Source: the human T2T-CHM13v2.0 reference genome, Homo sapiens
DNA: 64,000 bases
Strand: one strand, 5' to 3'
Assembly (NCBI RefSeq): GCF_009914755.1
Contig: NC_060931.1
Under the pieces are notes generated by a model. The model was given only the letters and a program-made list of their open reading frames with translations. It did no database searches and was not told the origin of the DNA. Both the position numbers and the translations under genes were made by a program. This document shows positions 44,974 through 57,921 of the stretch, piece after piece; position 1 is the stretch's first letter; each line of letters begins with the position of its first letter.

Positions 44974-46581
44974 AAGAGTTTCTGGTGCATCATTTCTAGA
45001 ATATTATTTTTCTCCATCTGAATTTATCTCAATGAAAAGGCATACTTCCAACGTACAATGGTGATACAAGGATAAAATAAATGCAATAGTCATTCTTGTA
45101 TAAGAATAGTAGAAATCACACATACCAATAAGCTATTCATAGCAATTCTCAAATCTAACCAGACACAGAACACTGTGTCCTTGGTTAGACCTCAGTACTA
45201 TTACCTGGAATTTGTTCTCCATGGCTCTTAGCAAGTTGTTTTCACTGTATAGATTCTTAGTTCCACCATCTGGACTCTTGGCTCTACTTTCCCATTCAAA
45301 ATTCCTCTTTTTTTACAAGAAATGGACAACATTTGCATTTTAGTAACTTCCTCAACCTGATTTCTACCCATACATGGGGTTGGGGCACAAAGGACCCACT
45401 TAATTTTGAATTTTCTTTCCATTTTACTACAACCTAAGAGTGCTTTCTTAAATACTACACTATTAAAAATTCTTGTGGTTTTCCTATGAATATCATAGAA
45501 TTCATTCATTAGATAAACGTCTTGGCCACAAATTTATTTAAGATAAGGCCTACCTTTTCCAGGATGCAATGATTTTAAAATTCTGGAAACATTTTTGTTT
45601 ATTTGAGTGTATAAAATGCTCCTTGAATCTTTCCCAAGTCTTAACAAATGGCTCTACAGCCACATTGTTGAGATGGCCTTTACTCTAAGGACATTTCTTA
45701 CTTTGATAGCCTTGTGACATTTAGGGAAGCTGAGAATACGACACAGTTTTTTTTTTTTTTTTTTTTAAAACACGTGAACTTCTGATTTCTTTTTCTCTCT
45801 TGAATATTTTGCTTGAAAATAGAACAGTTTGTTTTTAGCTTACTTCATTCTATCCATATCTTATCATGTACTGCTATGGAAAACCAGCTGGCATTTGCAA
45901 CTTTTGTGTGGAAGTCTCCGTGGTCAAATGTACCAGTTCAAAATGTCTGTTTTCCATGTTATCACAGGCAATGGTTTTACTAAAATTTCTGCCCTTATAT
46001 AACAAGATAATCTTTCTTCCAGCCTCCAAGAAAATTTATTTTACTGTCCTTCTAGCTTCCACTACCAATCTTCTTGATGCTTTTGAGACCTCTAGTAGTC
46101 ACCCAGTCTTAAAGGTAATGTCATATAGTTTAAGAATTTTTTTTCAATTGTAGCACCCCATTCTGGGTACCAATTTCTCTTCCAGTTATTTCTGCTTTAT
46201 AATAAATCATCTGAAACTTTACTGCTAAAAATATTAACAAGAAAAATTTTCTCATGATTTTGTGGCTTAATTGGCTTAATTGTGGCAGTTGAGGAGTTCT
46301 CACTTGGATTCTCTTCTGAAGTTGCTATCAGATAGCATTTGGGGACACTAAAGACTAAATTAAGTTGAATGTCCAAGATGTATAATTCACATGGCTGACA
46401 GCTAATATTTATTGTTGGCTCTGGTCTCAGTAAATATACATAAGCTATAGACCATGGGACCTCCCTATTGTCTGGGCTTTGCAGAGAATTGTGACTGGGT
46501 CCTGAGAAGCTGCATTACAAGTGATCCAGTTAGAAGTTGCAAGTCTTCTTATGATTCTTATGACATAGCTTCACTGTGTTT

Positions 46582-46900
46582 ACTGTGTTGTTGTTGTTGT
46601 TGTTCTTCTTCTTTTTTTGAGACAGAGTCTTGCTCTGTCACATAGATTGGAATACAGTGGTACAATCTCGGCTCACTGCAATGTCCACTTCCCAGGTTCA
46701 AGCCATTCTTGTGCCACAGCCTCCAAAGTATGTGAGATTGCAGGCATGTGCCACCATGCCCAGCTAATTTTTGTATTTTTATTAGCGACAGTGTTTTGCC
46801 ATGTTGGCCAGGCTGGTCTCAAACTCCTGGTCTCAAGTGATCTGCCAGCCTATGCTTCACAAAGTGCTGGGATTACAGGCATGAGCCACCACACCTGGCC
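46582..46900 (-). mobile_element. AluS (AluSz-like) nested in the MLT1 5' LTR
   Basis: Full dimer, (TTG)n(TTC)n tail; TSD agcttcactgtgttt (46567-46581) / agcctcactgagttt (46901-46915). Confidence 0.93.
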
Positions 46901-47750
46901 AGCCTCACTGAGTTTCAGTGGTCAAAAGCAAGTCTCAAGACCAGCCCATGTTGTAGTGGACAATGCTACACAAGAACTTAATAATTAGGTGTGGCCAACT
47001 GAAGAACCATTTGGAAAATTACCATATGAAAATTACTAGTATCTTAATGTTCTTTATTACAAATATTCTTTATCAAGTGACTTAAAATTGTTCAGAGATA
47101 GATGTATAAATTTCGATGTAATTTTATTGAGTGGTTTTAAGTTTTCCAAAAATAAGAGCATACATTTTGTCATACCCTTTGTGTAAATATTGTTAATATT
47201 TTCATTGATCAGATATTCATGTCAACTTTTCCTTTATATTTTCAACCATAGTTTTAAACATCATAATTGGTATCATTGGTTTCAGAGTCTCCTTAAGATA
47301 ATATAATCAATTTACTTAAGATTATCTCAGTACATATGGATATATTTTGTTAAATAAAAGCATAAAAATAAAATAACATATGAAAGCAAGTATCATGGTT
47401 AAGTAAGAATACTTCTTAGATTAAGTAAATGAACTTTTTCCTATTTTCTAAATGTTTTAAAATTTTTCTTCTTTTTATCTGACACAGTCACTATTACTTC
47501 ATTAAAATGCTGCAAAGATTAATAACTTAATTAACAAGCAGATGGAGGGCATTTTTAAATTCTCAAAGAAAATGTGATTTAAATGATAATGGTATAATAA
47601 TTATTTTCAAAGGGAATTAACCTTTTTTGAGGTAATTGATTAATTGTGCCTAAAATTAGTCAATTATATTTTCTTCTGAAAAGGTAATTTCATTCTCAAT
47701 AGTATAAAGGTTCATCAGATCCATACCTTGGAAACTTTTACTTTACATGA

Positions 47751-48132
47751 TGTCTTAGTCCATTTGTGCTGCTAATAACAAAATACCTGAGACAGGGTAA
47801 TCTATAACAAGCAGAAATTCTTTTCTCATAGTTCTGGAGGGTAGAAGTCCAAAGTCAGTGTTTGGTGAGGCTGGTTCTATCTGTTTCCAATGTGGTGCCT
47901 TGTTGCCATATCCTCTGGAAGGCACACATACTGTGTCCTCACAGGGTGGAAGGGACAGAGGGGAAAAAAGTCCTCGGCTAGTTTCCTCCAGCTCTTTTAT
48001 AACACACTAATTTATTCATGAGCGTTCTGCCTTCATTATGTAATTATTTCCTGAAAAGTCCCATCTCTTAACCCCACCATAATGGGGATTCATTTTCAAC
48101 CGATGAATTTGGGGAGGATTCAGGTCAAAGCA
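47751..48132 (-). mobile_element. MLT1A-type MaLR solo LTR
   Basis: tgtcttagtccatttgtgctgct...tctcatagttctggagg...atgaatttggggagg...aaagca. Confidence 0.85.
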
Positions 48133-50959
48133 CTGGGCTTTTGATGAAATGTTGATGGTTTTCAAACCTTTTCTTTCTTCATTTTTTTTTTTTTTCTGAA
48201 GCTCAAACTAACTGAGAAATAGGTTCAGGAATAATGCAAATGGAAAACAACGTATCTACTTTTAGACCACATGATATTTTCACTCTTCACATATAAATTG
48301 AAATTACCCACCCACTTCTGCATGCTTTTCACCTTGCTAATGAAGGATATCTCATGGTAAAGTTACACAATAAAGCAACAGAGAATGAAGTGTCCTGAGT
48401 ACAGATTCTCTAAAATAAAGTCTAGGCCACCATTTACTCTGGATTTTTCCCTAAAATCAACAGCTAAGTCGTAAGTTTTTCCAAGATCGTGAGTGAGTGA
48501 GTAAGTGGAAAGGAGCTAGAAGACACTATTTCCAGTACTTTCAAAGGAGCTAATGTCCATATAGGATAGGCAACATAGAAACAGTAGAAGAGGAAGAAAA
48601 TTGTTTCTTCTGCTAGAATTATGCAGATAATTTCATATGATCTGCTTAATCTTTCTAGATATTTAATTTTGATTAATGTTTTAGAAGATAATAAAAAACC
48701 TAAAGAAAAGACAACACATGTAAAGCTAAAATATACTTTATATATGCAAATTTTTAGGTTAAATACTATCTCATGAAGAACAAAATTGATATGTGTAGTA
48801 GATCAATTAAAGTGTTTAATGCTAAACACTCTAAGCCTGTTATAGGAAATTTGATAGTTTTATCAGAAGCATGTTGTTTTCATATTTCTGTATAAAGAGT
48901 TGACAAAATATTTTTGAACACAGTCAATTAATAATTTGAAAAAACAAAATTAAGTAAAATGATCCCACAATTGTACTTGAAGAAGTGACATTTGAACTTT
49001 CTAAAACCATTTTCCTGTGTAAGTTGTCATGTTACTTATAAGTTTAACTTGTATGTTAAATCCTGAAATGAATATACGCAGAAGAATTTTACAACCATTA
49101 TAACTAAAATTATTTTATAACAAAGAAAAACTTTCTTTTTTGCATGATTTGTGTAATGATTTGACCTAATAAATATAATGAAAGAGTAAATCACAATATG
49201 TTTAACATTGAAAGCATCTTAGAGATCATTAGGACACTTTATTCACTTTACAAAACAAGTGATTTTTCCAGTATCATGTGGGTATTTACTAGGAGAATAA
49301 GGGTTCAAAACCAGACCTTTCAGTCTAGGTTTATTTCCCACCTCTGTTCCGTGATTCTTTGGCCAAGGCCCTGGGAATTAAGAACTTACCAAGTACTTTA
49401 AATATGCATTGCAGGAGAGGAGTTGTGGAGATCAAGGCTGAAAGGCAAAATGCAATAATGGGAAAGATGAATTATTCATCTGTGATTTAGGGAATATATG
49501 ATCATCCAGTTTCTCATGGATCAGGGACGTTAATAGTTTCCAAAAGATGAATGTTAGGTTTTCACTAAGATTCTTCGCATATTTTTGGTTATTTGGAGTT
49601 TGAAATTTGATAACACAATTGAGAAATAAAATCAGCTAAATTTCAGCTTAAATATCCTTTTCTCTAATTTGACCTTCATCACAAATGTAAAGAACTTGTG
49701 ATGCTCTGAGGATCTACAAACCTGTACCTATGAGGGCAGATTTCAGTTTAAAAGGATTATGCTCCCAAATGCCAGAGCTGCCAGCAGCTATCTATGGGAA
49801 GCTGTTTTGGGACATTGTTCCTAAAATTATTGCTTTTAGCAGATGGCTTATTCACAAGTGAGGATGATTCAATACTTAAAATGATGAAAAAGATAGGACT
49901 TTTGGGGGTGAAAGACACAACACTCATCTTGTTGGAAACCATACACTGATGTAAAACCTCAAGTTAAGACACTAATGGGAAAATATTTCTTCACCTCTTC
50001 TCACAAGATGCTTTTTTTCCCCCAAGAATGGTATGTATTACAAATCATTGAGGGCACTGTGAACCGTGATTGAAATAATTTTATAATTTTTTCAAATGCT
50101 ACACTTTATGTTCCCTTATGGACACTAATTTATTAATTTCATATTATAATATATTTCATGACAAGTGGTTTTGAGATAATGGTTTGTTCTCTCACGAATG
50201 CTGGGTAGCTTATTGAGACAGTATCACCCTAATTAAAATGCACCTAGGAAAGTTTCACTGTAGTCAGGACTTCAAAGATGGTTAAGATAAATTAATATTG
50301 TTGAACCCAAGTGATATATTATAAATTCCTCTTTATGCTTCCTTTATTTCTTTCAAGGACAATTTACCCCCTACAGACATAACTAATCTTTTGTTTCTTA
50401 TTGTCTCCTCCTGAAAAGTACTTGAATTCACTGCTTAAAAGCTTCAGATTTTTTTTCTGCTGCATTATAATTTTTTGAACCCAGACAACAATGACATAGC
50501 ATCAATTTCCAAAATTATGTTGGGAATTAGAAATTGGAAATTTAAAAGGAGTTGTCTTTTAAAAAAATGTTGTAAGCAAATCAAAATCATGACTTTTGAT
50601 CACTATGTTTGCCAAATGAATTTAAAATATATTACTCATGAATAGAATTACTTACTTTAGAAACACTGGAATAAATGGCTAGCTATTAAAAGAGGGCAAT
50701 TCAAGGATTTCTTGTTTTTCATAGTATTTTTGAACTATTCTATGTATAATATAAGTAAGAGGAGTTTATACATTTGTAAATGAATGATTAGGAATTTTTG
50801 GAGAAAATATAGCAGATGATAAATACGTGCTTCTTACTCTCATAACTTGTCATACAGAGCAGTCCATATTACCTGACTTGAAGAAAGTATATAAATGAGG
50901 AGGAAAAGATAATAAGTTAAGAATTGGGCTATGAAAGAATATGCTTCAGTAATTCAAAC

Positions 50960-51215
50960 AAGTGAGGCAGTGTTGTTTAACAGTTATGTAGTCAGCATCT
51001 GGAATCAGATTCCCTTGCTTTCTTTACCCATTACAGATGGGCAACCACAGGCTTATGAGTTAATTTCTTTAAGACTCAGTTTCCTACTTGTAAAATAGTA
51101 AATATGAAAACAACTGACTTATGGGATTGTTTGGCAATTAAAGTAAAATCAGTTATATAAAGGGCTTAAATTCCTGGGACCAAGTAAAGGATTAATAAAC
51201 ATTTGTTTTATTACA
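50960..51215 (+). mobile_element. MIR
   Basis: tctggaatcagatt...ctcagtttcctacttgtaaaatag...atgggattgtt...aataaacatttg. Confidence 0.75.
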
Positions 51216-51471
51216 AATAATTGAGTGGTTTTTTGATTACTGATATTTTTCCATTTGGCCATGATAAATTTTCCTGAAGGATATATCTGGTTTAGTTACT
51301 CTCTTCAGAAAATTAATTTTGAAGGCTTTTTATTGATTAAATTGAAGTGGAAAATCATGTATTAATAACCTAAAGACTAAATATTATCTTTTTCATATAT
51401 AGCGAATTATAAATATGTAAGAGTGAAACACTACAAAAAGTCATTTTTGTCACAACTGGCACCTTGGTGGG

Positions 51472-52002
51472 TGTACAGAAGAGAGGTACCATTGAAGGCC
51501 TGATTGTTAGAAGAGCCTGCTTACAACATTGCCTGGCTGGCTTTTGAGAAGTTCCTTGAGTGATAAGGTTGTTCTGTGTGCCTGTGAATTCTGTTGTACA
51601 ACCTGTCTAGACAGTACACACACATTGTGATTAACAGTGAACACTTGCTTTCCTTCTGAGAGTCTCGGATTTCTATGATGGTTTATTACCCAGGCAGAAT
51701 GTGTCTGAGTGATCAACCCACAATAAAAATCTTGGATTCTGATTTTCAAATGGGCTTACCAGGGCAGAAACCATGCCCAAGTACTGCAACATTTTGTTCC
51801 TGGAGGAATTAACACATAGGCATGGGTTCCTCTAGACTGTACCTATATAGTGAATTACAAATATGTAAGAGTGGACCTAGTAAATCTTTTACCCTTGTTG
51901 GTTGCTGTAATAAACCATAGCTATGAGTACAGCTGCCTTTGAATCTTGGGACTCTTTCTAGCAAATCACCAAACCTGTGTTGGTCACGGAGACCCCGAAA
52001 TA
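51472..52002 (+). mobile_element. MER68/MER77-like ERVL solo LTR
   Basis: tgtacagaagagagg...tgaacacttgctttccttctgagagtct...gctgtaataaaccatagctatgagtac...ctagcaaatcaccaaacctg. Confidence 0.75.
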
Positions 52003-52427
52003 GATGTCCTCAATTACTTTGTATAAAATGTCATGCTGTTGGGGATTGTGTTAGGAGAGATTATAACAAATTTTATAAAACAGGATCATAATTATTGGTT
52101 TGGAGTGTAAGAAGGTAGTAGTTTATCTGCGCTTAGGTCTAAAGAAGGGGCTCAGAGATAAAGTAGATGTTGGATATAGAGTTGCACATAAGAAAGGCAC
52201 ATTTCCTTTTCTCCTGGGTCATCCACCATGGTTGCCCATATCCACAAGCAGCTATAGGCTACTATATTGAGTAATTAAGATCTATAAGTTATTATTTTTT
52301 TCTGGTTGACATATTAGGAGATAATTTATTTTTTAGCATTCGCTGCCAACTGAAAATGAGTTTTCCTGTTATTCTGCTGGGTGACATCATGCCTACATTT
52401 TTTTTGTAAGTTAAAAACATCTTTGCT

Positions 52428-52783
<356 letters not shown>

Positions 52784-52869
52784 TTAAGAACTTAGATCAG
52801 TAACTCTTTTAACATGATCTCCAATATATGTTTTGTTTTTCCATTATATGCATGCATCATTTTACTAAT

Positions 52870-54370
52870 AATGTATTGTGTACATTAGAAATCATATGCT
52901 AAAATAAAGTCTTCAAGAATCAGTTAAAATAATACATCCTAATTGCATTGCCCACATTCCAGTGGTTGCTTTGAGCATGACTGAGGTGTGTATACTTCCC
53001 CTTAGAGAACTTCACCCCTTGGAGATCTCGGTTTTTAAATCCTATTCTCCTCTGAGAGGAACCAGATAGTATACTGAAGAAACATCTGACTCTGTTGATG
53101 GTGCAGGGAAAATACAAGGTGATCTTCACCCCTTGGATAACTTTTCCCTTTGGAGATCAAGAATAAGTTAAGATAAATAGGTTCTAATTTTAATTCCTCA
53201 CTTTCCAGTGGTTGCTTTGAGCACCACTGAGATGTGTAAACTTTCCCTTGCAGAACTTTTCTCTTTGCAGATCTTGGTTTTTAAATCTCCTCTGAAAGGA
53301 ACCAAATAGTATATTAGAGGAATATCTGACTCTATTGATGGTGCAGGGAAAATGCAAGGTGATCTTGGAACATGTTTTGGAACCAGAAAGTAAGGAAGTG
53401 CTCACAGAATAATGGGGACATATCTCATAATATAACTAATTTGAAGAGGTTGCCAACTCTGAGGAAAACTGAACATTAAAATAAAATGTTAGCTCTCGAT
53501 TTTAAATTCTGTAAGCATAATTGGAAACCATGAGCCCATACTGCTATAGATGAATAATGAACACCTAAATAACTTCAGTAGAGTGAAAGCTCTCACTCAC
53601 AGTACCTTCACATAAAACAACTATAAGTCATTGATTAATGAATATAAAATACATATTTAATTTCCAGTACAAAAACTTGACTGATATCATCTTATCCAAG
53701 TAATAAAATGTAATGTCACCAGTAATGAAACATAGCAACATCATTTGCCCTCTGATATGATGTGGAGTAAATAATGTTATATCTTTAGTTTTCCTGCCAA
53801 AACAATAATCTACTCATAAGGAAAATAGACAAACCCCAAATGAGAGACTTTCTACGAAATTACAAACTTGTATTCAATAAAAATATGGAACTTAGGAAAG
53901 AGACTGAATGACTGAGGAGCTGTTCCAATTTTAAGGAGACTAGAGGAACATGACAACTAAATTCAATGTGTGATCTTGGATATTTAGAGAACCTTTCTTG
54001 AATAATTGACAAAATTTGAGGGAGATCTATGAATTAGATGGTAATCTAATGCATCAGTGTTAATTTCCTGACATTGTGGTTATGTAGAAAAGAGTATATT
54101 TTTAGAAAGTGTTAAGATATAATTGGGTTATTGTGTTTTCCACTTTTTCTCAGGTGGTAGAGAAAAGCACATTATATATATGCATATACATAAATATATA
54201 TGTATGTAGATGTGTATGTTTTATGTACATAGAGAGAGACACAGACACAGAGAGAGACATAATAAAGCAAATGGGAAGATTTCAATGAAGAGTATAGTGG
54301 AGTTCTTTTTACTATTTTTGTACCATCTCTGAAAATTTGAAGTCATTTCAGAATATAAAGTTCAAAAAAA
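52870..54370 (+). mobile_element. L1MC/L1MD-type 3' UTR
   Basis: ccagaaagtaaggaagtgctca, ggagactagaggaacatgacaactaaattcaatgtgtgatcttgga and aaatttgaagtcatttcagaat. Confidence 0.75.
52913..53366. repeat. Diverged tandem duplication, period about 240 bp
   Basis: Unit 1 52913-53126 and unit 2 53157-53366 share ttccagtggttgctttgagca and ttgatggtgcagggaaaat(a/g)caaggtgatctt; the ORF track shows matching peptides at 52920 and 53190. Confidence 0.92.
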
Positions 54371-54609
54371 GCCAAAATATTCATCTTGAAATTTAGGATA
54401 TATGGCATTTGCCTCACTAAGAGGTTTTATTTCCTGGCTAGAAATTATAAACTGGCACCTCCAGTATTGAAAAAAATATATAGATACATTTTATCAGCGT
54501 GTTTTTTAAAAATAAGATACGAGCTTAAATATTTTTAAGTTGCACGTACATTCTTCAGTTCCAACAGGATCCATCTTTATTGTCTTAAAGTCAGCCTCAG
54601 CCATAGATA

Positions 54610-55335
54610 ATAAAATCTAATGCATAGTGCTTACTACATTCAAGCACTGTTCTAAGTACACGTGTTATCTCATTGAATTTGTTAGCTCAACACATTCTGT
54701 AAGGCAGTTTGCAAGGCAGCCTTTAACATGTCTCCTAGTTATCCCCAGCTCCTACATTTACTCTCTTGTGTAATCCCCATTCTTTGAGTGTAGGCTGAAT
54801 CTAGTGACTCAGTTATAACACATGCAATAGAAAAAAAGTGATGGGATATTTGTTCCAAGATTAAGTTATATAAGACTGTGACTTCCTCCTTGTTCTCCTG
54901 CTCTCTTTCACCTGCTCATTTGAGAGAAGGCAGCTGCCATGTTGGAAGCTGTCCTGAGGAGAGACCCATGTTTCAAGAAATTGAGGGCCGCCTGTTGCCA
55001 GTCAGCAAGGAGAAACTGAAGCCTGCAATCCAATAATCCCCGAGGAGCTGAATTCTACCAACAACCACATAAGTGAGCTCAGAAGCTTCCTCAGGCAAGC
55101 CCCAGCCCACACCTTGATTGCAGGTTTGGGTAAGAAATTGAGGCAGAGGTCAGAGGATTCATCTAAGTGATACCCAGGTTCCAAATCCCCAGAAACTGTG
55201 AGATAATAAATTTTGTCATAAGCCACCAAGTCTTGGGGGTAATTTGTTACTCCACAGTAGATAACTATTAGAAGTAGATACTATTATAATTTCCATTTGA
55301 AAGATGAGGAAACTGAAATTAAGTTTCTAGCCCAC
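54610..55335 (-). mobile_element. MIR split by MLT1F
   Basis: tagtgcttactacattcaagcactgttctaagt..., resuming after the LTR with ccatttgaaagatgaggaaactgaa. Confidence 0.7.
54709..55272 (+). mobile_element. MLT1F-type MaLR solo LTR
   Basis: aggcagcctttaacatg...cagctgccatgtt...aattctaccaacaaccacataagtgagct...gggtaatttgttac...tagataacta. Confidence 0.85.
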
Positions 55336-55640
55336 GTTTTGGAAGATTCTTTGCCAACACTCACATTGAGTATACTGCCTCTCGCCAGTTAGTTACCTGC
55401 CTGAGTCATGCAGGAATTTGTGTTTGTAATCTCCATAGTGTCCATTCTTTAGCAAGTTTGCTTCTCCTTAAGAAGATTGCAAACAATTCAGGATGCAACA
55501 TATATTTTTGTAGCCAGGAGTGTTTTTCAACATAACTGAAATTGGAAGATCAAGCTGTATTAAAACACATTTCCGAGAAGCAAAACTTTCACTATTAAAA
55601 ATCTAACTTAAATAATGACAATGGAAAGCATAGACACAAT

Positions 55641-55750
55641 AGGTAGCTGGATAGGTAAGTAGGTAGATAGATTAGATAGATAGATAAATAGATAGATAGA
55701 TAGATAGATAGATAGGTAGGTAGATAGACAGATATAGATAGACAGGTAGG
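55641..55750. repeat. (GATA)n/(GGTA)n compound tetranucleotide STR
   Basis: tagatagatagataaatagatagatagatagatagatagataggtaggtagatagacag. Confidence 0.93.
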
Positions 55751-56120
55751 GGAAGGGCAGACAAAACAAGATTAAAGGAAAGAAGATATCTATATTCAAA
55801 TATGGCCTTTACATTTGTGTGTCCTGAGTTATTCACTTTGTTAACAATCTGCATATGTCCTATGTGTTCAAATCAGTGTGATTCTGAGTCTCCCCTTATT
55901 CATATGACAAATAAGTCCTCACTGCTTGGTTGTGAGACTCTTACCAACTTAAATAAAGGAAAATCACTGGTGTCTCCTTTCTCTCCTTAGTGCGCAGTTT
56001 AATTTGCATGTTATATATTTCTACTTCATGGAAAAATTTATGTTCTAGGTCAGAAAATTTGCAATAGTACTGGCTTTAAAGAAAAGACTTTACTTTCTGA
56101 ACATTTAGATATTTGCTTTT

Positions 56121-57347
56121 TTTGTAACAACCTTATTGATACATAGTTTACATGCCATAAAATTCACTCTCTTAAAGCAACTCGCTGGTTTTTAGTATAT
56201 TCACAGTATTTTGCAGTTATCAGCACTATCTAATTTTGGAATATTTTTGTCACCCCCAAAATAAACTCCATACCTATTAGCAGTTATTTCTATGTCTCCG
56301 CAACCAAAGTCCTGGCAAACAGTCATCTGCTTCCTGCCTCTGTAGATTTCCATATCCTGGCCATTTTATACAAACAGCAGCATATAAGACGTGCTGTTTT
56401 GTGACAGGCTTCTTTCACTTAGCATTATGTTTTCAAGGTTCATCCCTACTGTAGCATGTATTAGTGCTTCATTTCTTTTTATTGTTGAATAATATTCCAT
56501 TATGCAGATATGCCACATATTGTTTATTCATCCATGAGTTGATAGACATTTAGATTGTCTCCACTTTTTGACTATTATGAATAATGTTATTAACATTTGT
56601 GTTTAAGTTTCTGTATTTTCAATTGTCTGGGGTACATATGCTAGGCCATATGGTAACTCTATGTTTAACATTTTGAGGAACTGCCAAACTGTTTTCCAAA
56701 GTGACTACACTATTTTACATTCCCACCTTGAAGGTTCCAATTTCTCGACATTCTCACCAACATGTGTTAATGTCTGTCTTTTTTATTTAGCAACCTTAGT
56801 GGGTGTGAAGAGATAACTCATTGTAATTTTGATTTGCATTTCCCCTAATGACTAATGATTTTGGACTTCTTTTCTTGTGCTGATGGCCATGAGTATATCT
56901 TCTTTGGAGAAATATCTATTCAAATCCTTTGTTCATTTTCAACTCGTGCAGTATTTTTATTATTGAATTATAAGAATTCTTTATATATTTTGGATACAAG
57001 TCCCTTATCAAATGTAAAGTTTTTAAAACTTTTCTCCAATTCTTTGGGTTGCCTTTTCACTTTCTTGATGCCTATTGAAGCATAAAAGTTTTTAATTTTG
57101 TTTAAGTCATATTCAGATTTTTCTCGTATGCGTATAGTTTTGGTCCTGTATCTAAGAAACCATTGCCTAATCTAAGATCATAAAGATTTAGTCTTATGCT
57201 TTTTAATAAAGAACCATATAGTTTAACCTCTTATTTTTTATCCATGATCCATTATGAATCCATTTTTGTGTACAGTATGAGGTCAGTATCCAGCTGAATA
57301 TCCATGTGGATATGCATATGAGAATTCAGTTCCCCAGCACCATTGAA
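56121..57347 (-). mobile_element. L1MB-type 3' fragment with residual TSD
   Basis: tttcacttagcattatgttttcaaggttcatcc and gaggaactgccaaactgttttccaaagtg; TSD tagatatttgctttt (56106-56120) / tagatacttgatttt (57348-57362). Confidence 0.85.
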
Positions 57348-57871
57348 TAGATACTTGATTTTAATACAATTGTTAAAATCATATGTAAATAATAAACACT
57401 GTGATTACTGACCTTTTAATAAGCACTATTTTTTTCCTTTTTTTCCCCTCTAATCTGATCTTAACAACTCTATTGTCATCCCCCAAAATGTCTTTTGCCT
57501 GTGTCAAGAAAACCCAAGAACAAAGTTTTTTAGGGATTTTGAGGTTACACTAATCAAACATTTTAGGCAAATTTTCTCTGCATGACCTATTTGCATGTTA
57601 GTTGAGAATGTTACACTTTTGATAGTAATGTTTCAGACTCAGACTTTCTAGTTTGGACCTTGGACAATTTCCAAGACTTCATAGAAATAATTCCTTGGTG
57701 AAACTATACGAGTTTATATTATTTTAACTGGATTTAGATTCCTCTGAATTCTTTGTATTGCACTCTTTAGAGGTTCTTATTGGAGTAGCCTTAAGTAATT
57801 AAAGGTCACAAGGGAGTGCTCAATACTAATATCTTTATTTACATAGATACCAATAAAATGGCCTCCCTGAA

Positions 57872-57921
57872 GTGTGTGTGTGTCTCTGTGTGTGTGTGTG
57901 TGCGCGCACGCGCGCGTATGT
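57872..57921. repeat. (TG)n(CG)n microsatellite
   Basis: gtgtgtgtgtgtctctgtgtgtgtgtgtgtgcgcgcacgcgcgcgtatgt. Confidence 0.92.

Larger units (their letters stand above)
43817..47026 (-). mobile_element. Complete MLT1G/H-type MaLR element: 3' LTR 43817-44336, internal 44337-46177, 5' LTR 46178-47026
   Basis: Two homologous LTRs share gagttctcactt, acatggctg(a/g)cag and acacaa motifs; MaLR-int junction ttctgggtaccaatttc; perfect TSD TGAAA at 43812-43816 and 47027-47031. Confidence 0.8.

Noticed and set aside
46617-46988. Alu-derived ORFs (also 5971, 9232, 22920, 22975, 52519, 52544)
   Set aside because: These are typical antisense-Alu translations ([12 protein letters not shown]...), not genes.
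57294-57329. Possible micro-inversion between ctgaat/attcag inverted repeats in L1MB
   Set aside because: The forward orientation already matches the L1 motif catgtggatat, so a small duplication explains it equally well.
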